Positions 58,509-64,000 of a DNA stretch of 64,000 nt are shown piece by piece. The notes under the pieces were generated by a model that was not told where the DNA came from, did no database searches, and saw only the letters and a program-made list of their open reading frames with translations. The stretch lies in IMG/VR virus record IMGVR_UViG_3300031951_000076, positions 24,671 through 88,670 of that record; one strand, given 5' to 3'. The position numbers and the translations under genes were made by a program. This DNA comes from a virus. Numbering within the stretch: position 1 is the first letter of the stretch; each line of letters opens with the position of its first letter.

Positions 58509-58523
58509 TACAATATAATATAC
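58509..58523 (-). promoter_or_regulatory. Candidate late-promoter motif GTATATTATATTGTA
   Basis: Identical to 50332-50346; upstream of scaffold-MCP. Confidence 0.5.
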
Positions 58524-58591
58524 AACTTAAACTCTAAAAATTTACAAAATATTAAATAATTATAGCAAAGCACTGGATAATATAGCTATAA

Positions 58592-61339
58592 TTATTTCTT
58601 CTTACTCTTAGATTTTGTATCGTATTTATTTTTATTTTCTTTTGCAATCTCAAGTTGTTTATTTGCGACTTCTTTTTGAACTGACAACTTTTGTTTTTCC
58701 ACTTCAAGTTTTTGATCACTTTGCAACTTATCTGTTAAATGGCTTTCTCTTTTTAAATTCATTTCATCACGATAGCGTTGTTCACTTTGAATTTTTGCAA
58801 GTGCGTCAATATAGTCAGATTGTTGATTTTCGTCAATATCTGATCCAGCACCATAACCAGCTGCTCTAATTTCTGCAACAGTGATATCTTTTTCTCTATC
58901 TTTTTCAGACTCATCAGCTTTAAATTGCAGTTGCATTTGAATTTGTTTTTCTTGAGCAGCCAATTGTTCTTGTTGCATTTTTTCTTCATGAGCTCTTTCT
59001 TGCTCTTTAAGTTTTTGCATCTTCTCTTCTGTTGATTTAAGAACATTTGTAAGCTCAGCCATAGACTCTGCTTTAATAATATTACCTAAATCAAATATTG
59101 AAGCACCCGTTGTGTTATTTTGAACAGCTAATTGTTTTAGTTGTTCCATAACAGCACGAGTGTTTGTTTTTGTTGTACAGAATATATTAAGTTCTCTCAT
59201 TAGTAAATCTGTACCATTTATCTCAAAATTCATTTTTTCATCTGCTGTAGTTATATATTGAAGTCTTACAGATGGTTTTTTAGAATGATAATACTGAGCA
59301 AGATCTGTACGCATCTGATGTACGCGAGGCATTAAGTTATCACTATGCTGTATAAAGTATTGTTCTGTTTGTGCATAGCTGGCATTCATAGCTTGCTCAA
59401 TACCAGTGGCTGTTTGTTGTTGTGCAATAGGCTGACCCATCCTTTGAGGATTTAAACCTATCACTTCAAAAGCTTGTTGTTTAAAATATGTCGCCAGTTG
59501 GATACGCGACATCAAACGCTGTGTCTGTTCAAGATTCAACACTTGATAGTGTTGGAATGATAATGGATTTTCTGTATTGGTAATTGTAGTATCAAGAGGC
59601 AGCATCTGAAAGTTTTTCATTGCTACATATGCTTTAGCTAAATTATTCTTACCCCAATCTTCACCCAAAGAGTGACGAGGAAGAGCATTTTGATCAAGCA
59701 TAATCACTGTACCAAGTTCATCTACAAGAATATCTGCTATCTGATTATTTACAATGTTATAACCAATCTGATATGGTTTCATCAAGTCTACAAGACTAAT
59801 AGACCTTGTATTACGATCACCAAAAACAGCACCTTCTACTGGAAGCTTGCATCCATAAATACTACTATCACCTTTAAATTGAAAAGGTATTCTACCTGGT
59901 CTTCCACCACTTAATCCAAGATATATAGGATTAATACCTCCAGGATTATTTACACCCCAGAATGCAGGACGATTAGGACCTATCTTAACCCCACCCCACA
60001 CTTCATTAATCCAAATCCAATCTACATGTTCACCATAGGTTAAATTGTCTTTACTTTTTTGTTTGTAAACAGAGGTATTATAAATAGGTTTATCTGTCAC
60101 TTTGAAATCTTCACTTACAATTTCTTGTATAATTTCACCATCTTCTGTAATCTTTGTAAGATGTCCCACTTTACGTTGAGACTTCCAATACACTTGAGTT
60201 ACACGTAACATATGAGACTTACCAAAATCTTGCAAGTCTTCAGAATCAGAAAGAATCCATTCTGCTATATCACCTGTACCAAACTTAGCATCATATAAAG
60301 AAGTAAATTGACGATATGCAAGTGATGGCATTTGTGTATTCCATTCATGAGATCTTGTAGGATCATAGTATGTACCATCATTTTGATAACCTGAAACAGC
60401 ATAACCTGCAGAACGTACAGGATATATTACCTCTAATGCTTCAAGTTGGTCTTGTGTCATCATCCAACCAAACTTATCTATTACATCAGATACACTCATC
60501 ATATCTATCTTACCTACCCAGTTACCTTGAGATATATAACGCACATCTGGTGATTTGTGATAGAATGTAAGAAGAGGATTCCATAACTCAATATCATAGT
60601 CATCTTCCATTAACTTAAGATGCCAAAATTCTCTATCAGTAATAAGCATATCACGAAATGCCATCTCTTCTAATTCATCCATTCTAAATCTTTCCTCATC
60701 AACACGCATTTGATGCGTAGCCCATTGCTCAATAACTGATCTATAATCTTTTTTAAAGAATTGTTCTATTTCAGGAAGTGTTTTTAGATTATCAGGACTC
60801 ATTGCTTGTTGACCTTCTTCAGAATCCATTTCAATACCTTCTTCAGACATACGAGCTAAAATTTTATTTCTAGCATCTTCAAGAAGAGTGACCTCTAACA
60901 TTTCTCTTTTTTTCTCCAACATCTCATTGTACGAATATTCATCAACAGCTCTATACATTATTCTAGAAGCTCTTTTTGAAAATTCATTTGATAATACATT
61001 AATTACATTTGGAATAATTGGATAGAACTTAAGCTCCAAAGCTGATGCATCTTCTTTTGTTAATACATCTATCAAATCAGCCATCTCATTATTTTCTTCA
61101 ATGATATAATCTGATCTATCTATAATACCTCTAGCAAGTTTGTAATTTTTAGAAAGTCTGCGTGAGTTTCTGCGTAATTGTTTCATACCTTGAAACTCTA
61201 GCCAATCTAAGTTCCAAGCACGCCATTGTTCATCTTTATCTCTTTCAGGAAGAAATTGAATAGGCTGGGTGAGAACACCCATCTTATTGTATTCTACCTT
61301 TTTACCAGCTTTGAGATCTAGGGCATTATATATTTGCAT
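58592..61339 (-). CDS. Portal protein (crAss-like)
   Basis: 915 aa; LKFYPIIPNVINVL, WINEVWGGVKIG, SLVDLMKPYQIGYNIV, C-terminal coiled-coil barrel; directly after terminase. Confidence 0.88.
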   Translation of the reverse strand: MQIYNALDLKAGKKVEYNKMGVLTQPIQFLPERDKDEQWRAWNLDWLEFQGMKQLRRNSRRLSKNYKLARGIIDRSDYIIEENNEMADLIDVLTKEDASALELKFYPIIPNVINVLSNEFSKRASRIMYRAVDEYSYNEMLEKKREMLEVTLLEDARNKILARMSEEGIEMDSEEGQQAMSPDNLKTLPEIEQFFKKDYRSVIEQWATHQMRVDEERFRMDELEEMAFRDMLITDREFWHLKLMEDDYDIELWNPLLTFYHKSPDVRYISQGNWVGKIDMMSVSDVIDKFGWMMTQDQLEALEVIYPVRSAGYAVSGYQNDGTYYDPTRSHEWNTQMPSLAYRQFTSLYDAKFGTGDIAEWILSDSEDLQDFGKSHMLRVTQVYWKSQRKVGHLTKITEDGEIIQEIVSEDFKVTDKPIYNTSVYKQKSKDNLTYGEHVDWIWINEVWGGVKIGPNRPAFWGVNNPGGINPIYLGLSGGRPGRIPFQFKGDSSIYGCKLPVEGAVFGDRNTRSISLVDLMKPYQIGYNIVNNQIADILVDELGTVIMLDQNALPRHSLGEDWGKNNLAKAYVAMKNFQMLPLDTTITNTENPLSFQHYQVLNLEQTQRLMSRIQLATYFKQQAFEVIGLNPQRMGQPIAQQQTATGIEQAMNASYAQTEQYFIQHSDNLMPRVHQMRTDLAQYYHSKKPSVRLQYITTADEKMNFEINGTDLLMRELNIFCTTKTNTRAVMEQLKQLAVQNNTTGASIFDLGNIIKAESMAELTNVLKSTEEKMQKLKEQERAHEEKMQQEQLAAQEKQIQMQLQFKADESEKDREKDITVAEIRAAGYGAGSDIDENQQSDYIDALAKIQSEQRYRDEMNLKRESHLTDKLQSDQKLEVEKQKLSVQKEVANKQLEIAKENKNKYDTKSKSKKK

Positions 61340-61434
61340 GACTCTTAATTGTTATATTATATCTAATATTATAAGTAGTTGTCGTATAAAATGAGACAAC
61401 TGACCAATCTGAAATTGTAACATTCACTTTAAAA

Positions 61435-63630
61435 CTATCTAAGATTTTTGAATGGGCTTCTTGGCTGTGCATATGCTGACGGTTTAAATTTAGATTGTCC
61501 AATATGTCTAAATGGCCCCCAATCTAATTTACTAATTTTTTGGGGTTTTTCCAACTTTTCATTATACTCAATTCTTTTAGCAAGACCTCTATTAGATTGT
61601 TGCACTTTAGCAAAAGCTACAAGTGCGCAGAAAGATACAAGTCTATCCACATTTAGACCTTCTCTATAATCTTTCATTTCTTTAAGAAGCATAGGATCTG
61701 GAATGCGCTCCACGCCATATATAGTCTTAACAATTGTACCATCTGGAAGTGTTTCGTGATCAAGTTCTTCTTGTAAAAATTCTACACCATAAGATAAGAG
61801 ATTACCTTTAAACAATGTACCTACGTTTTTCCAACCATATTGTTGAAACACATTTCTATTAGCTCCAAGATCTTTAAGAAACAATATCATATCTTTTGGT
61901 ACAAGATAGCGTTGTTTCTTTTTAGATATCATGTATTGAATAAATAATGCCACGTTATTTTCTACAATAGTCCAAGCATTATACCATTCAATCATTAATT
62001 CTAACCGTTCATGTGTTTTATTAATATCATCAAACCTACCACACCAACTAGCAACAATCTTATCACGCTCTATTGAATTTTTAACATCTCCATTACCATT
62101 ATCTTGTATTATTTCTACAGCATTCTTAAGAATGTATATAGAACAGAGAGATTCAGATGTTGTTGTCTTACCTTCACCTACAGGATCTATACTTGCATAA
62201 TACATCCCAAATGTTGGATTGCTAACAGGACGTTCGTACACACATATCACTCCTTCTTTATCTTCTGTATTTTTCTTAATTGGAAACTCCATAATAGGAG
62301 TTTTTCTAGATTGTTTATCTACTATTTTACCTTCAGCATTTCTACTAAGTTCTAAATACTCAACTGAATAAAGTTTATCATTTATTCTTTGAAGTTGTTT
62401 GGTTACAAGATGAGAAGGAAAAACACTCACCTTTCTTGTAGCAAACGCTTCTTCTATATTACGAGGATGCTGAGATATTGTAAGTTGATAAGCTTCTGGG
62501 GCAAGTTTCTTTTTAGCTTTTTCAAACTCTTCATCTAAAGCTTTTAGTGCTTCTTCTACTAATGAATTACCATAATCATCTATATATGGAGGCATACTCC
62601 ATTGCTCAGGAATAAAAAGTCCTGTTACACCTATTGTACCATCACCATCTAAAAGATTACTTTCTACAGCAAAGAATCCATTCTCATCTGGATTTAGAAT
62701 ATACTCCTTCATAGGTTCACACTGATCCAAGTCACCCACTGAACCTGCTGCTATAAACTGACCAGTGATAATATGACCTGATTTAAGTGCAGGTTTCATA
62801 AACCCATATGTATCATCCATCTTTGGTGCGATACCAGCTTCCTCATGAAAGAAATAAGTTACAGGTCCACCCACACCATGTGTAGGATCTTTCTCAAATG
62901 AATAAAGATTAATAGTAGACTTATTACCTTTAAAGGTGTCCCTACCATTAATCCTCACTTTAATTTGTTGTTGCCATGCACCCACCTTATCAGGTTCAGC
63001 AGGTCTATACCATGCAGTATGTTCATTAAGAAAGTTTCTATATTCATTTAAAAACTTCCAAGAACCTTTTTCATTTATATAGTCTTTAAGACTTGCACCT
63101 ATCTTTAACACAGCACCATCTTCAAACCAATACTGATTTATAAGTTTAGCCATATGAAAGTATGATGAAGCTATCTGACGTTTCTTTAGAATAATAGCAT
63201 GCTTCCAGTTTAGTTCAGCTAAATGTTCATAGAGAGCCATATGATACTGTGCGTCACGAACCTTTGCAAAATCAAAACGCTTTTCTTCTTTATCATAGAT
63301 GGGAAGAAAATTAAGCCACATGTAATAGTCTCTAGAAATATACCAAGTGTTCGTATTAGAATGTACTATTATTCCTTTACGACATTTATTCTTTTGGTCA
63401 TCCCAATAGTTTATAAAGTCTTTTGTTTTAAGAGGAGCATCACAATAGTATCCCTGCTTTTGAAACTTACGTGCTTCTGCATTAAATATACGTGTAGTTT
63501 CATCAAAGTTGTACGTACCAGGTTCTTTAAAAAGTGATTGTAAAAAATCTTTAAATTCCTCTCTTGTTTGAAAAGCTGTAACAGACCACGTCCCATTTTT
63601 GTATGTTGGTACTTCTATAAAATTATCCAT
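61435..63630 (-). CDS. terL: Terminase large subunit
   Basis: Walker A-like LKKRQIASSY, Walker B FFHEEAG, nuclease YYASIDPV and NVDRLV. Confidence 0.92.
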   Translation of the reverse strand: MDNFIEVPTYKNGTWSVTAFQTREEFKDFLQSLFKEPGTYNFDETTRIFNAEARKFQKQGYYCDAPLKTKDFINYWDDQKNKCRKGIIVHSNTNTWYISRDYYMWLNFLPIYDKEEKRFDFAKVRDAQYHMALYEHLAELNWKHAIILKKRQIASSYFHMAKLINQYWFEDGAVLKIGASLKDYINEKGSWKFLNEYRNFLNEHTAWYRPAEPDKVGAWQQQIKVRINGRDTFKGNKSTINLYSFEKDPTHGVGGPVTYFFHEEAGIAPKMDDTYGFMKPALKSGHIITGQFIAAGSVGDLDQCEPMKEYILNPDENGFFAVESNLLDGDGTIGVTGLFIPEQWSMPPYIDDYGNSLVEEALKALDEEFEKAKKKLAPEAYQLTISQHPRNIEEAFATRKVSVFPSHLVTKQLQRINDKLYSVEYLELSRNAEGKIVDKQSRKTPIMEFPIKKNTEDKEGVICVYERPVSNPTFGMYYASIDPVGEGKTTTSESLCSIYILKNAVEIIQDNGNGDVKNSIERDKIVASWCGRFDDINKTHERLELMIEWYNAWTIVENNVALFIQYMISKKKQRYLVPKDMILFLKDLGANRNVFQQYGWKNVGTLFKGNLLSYGVEFLQEELDHETLPDGTIVKTIYGVERIPDPMLLKEMKDYREGLNVDRLVSFCALVAFAKVQQSNRGLAKRIEYNEKLEKPQKISKLDWGPFRHIGQSKFKPSAYAQPRSPFKNLR

Positions 63631-63865
63631 TGATAAGTTTTTCTACTTCTAAAGGATCGCCTTTAAGTCTATATAAAAGTTCTTTTAAATCAGCTATATT
63701 TTTACTTTTTAAACATCTTTCACAGTCTTGTTTATCCCAATATTTATTGTAATCGTCTCTATGTATAGCCACCCACAATTCTGTAAATGGATTAAAATGA
63801 AATATCCAATTATACATAAATGAGTTTCCTACATAGTTGGGTTCATAATCTTGATATGCTTCCAT
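63623..63865 (-). CDS. Hypothetical protein (80 aa)
   Basis: True start most likely MEAYQDY at 63865 (the longer track ORF overlaps the tRNA-like gene); WIFHFNPFTELWVAIHRD motif. Confidence 0.65.
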   Translation of the reverse strand: MEAYQDYEPNYVGNSFMYNWIFHFNPFTELWVAIHRDDYNKYWDKQDCERCLKSKNIADLKELLYRLKGDPLEVEKLING

Positions 63866-63879
63866 AATAAATAATTTAG

Positions 63880-63997
63880 CTGTAGGGGTAGGATTCGAAC
63901 CTACACGTTGACTATTCTCAACAAAAAGCTTATTTCTGTGGAGAATACTCAACACTATCGAGACAAGATAGCGTGTCTGCCATTTCACCACCCTACA
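63880..63997 (-). tRNA. Atypical tRNA / tRNA-like RNA, anticodon GUC (Asp), class II-type body with extra-long variable arm
   Basis: Acceptor TGTAGGG/CCCTACA, D arm GTG-AAATGGCAGA-CAC, anticodon stem CTATC/GATAG with loop TTGTCTC, T arm GTAGG-TTCGAAT-CCTAC, discriminator G, no encoded CCA. Confidence 0.75.
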
Positions 63998-64000
63998 ATA

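Noticed and set aside
55592-63630. Introns or inteins in terminase, portal or MCP
   Set aside because: ORFs are continuous, of ordinary size, with no intein or homing endonuclease motifs seen.
63623-63991. 122 aa ORF from the track
   Set aside because: Its 5' third is the tRNA-like gene; the ATG at 63865 gives a more plausible 80 aa protein.
1-64000. Stop-codon reassignment as seen in some crAss-like phages
   Set aside because: Multi-kb ORFs are intact in the standard code, and TAG and TGA both end genes at tight junctions.

Overview
AT-rich (roughly 30% GC by eye) segment of a large tailed-phage genome, with every credible gene on the minus strand and read in the standard bacterial code. 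Gene content and order match the virion module of crAss-like (Crassvirales-related) phages of Bacteroidota. Reading right to left: an atypical tRNA-like gene, terminase large subunit, portal, scaffold-like protein, major capsid protein, a cluster of small Lys-rich proteins, ring, ferritin-like, auxiliary capsid and tail-hub-like genes, then a ~20 kb accessory block, then IHF-like, two tail ring proteins, a small zincin, the muzzle/stabilisation protein and very large cargo (ejection) proteins. The last cargo protein runs off the left edge and is missing from the ORF track. The most striking feature is the accessory block (28.1-48.0 kb). It encodes a family of modular, Cys-rich surface/fibre proteins with more than 20 mucin-like poly-Thr/Ser tracts. 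Directly downstream lie three glycosyltransferase-like genes: one with the motif pattern of plant peptide O-glycosyltransferases (GT95/GT96), one GT2, and one GT fused to an FkbM methyltransferase. This suggests a phage-encoded mucin-type O-glycosylation system that builds a glycosylated, possibly branched, virion coat. Other notable points are a 118-nt tRNA-like RNA (GUC anticodon, ~50-nt variable arm), a recurring short GG motif shared by the cargo proteins and the small basic proteins, and three HExxH zincin motifs. All family assignments come from motif recognition and synteny, not from database searches.
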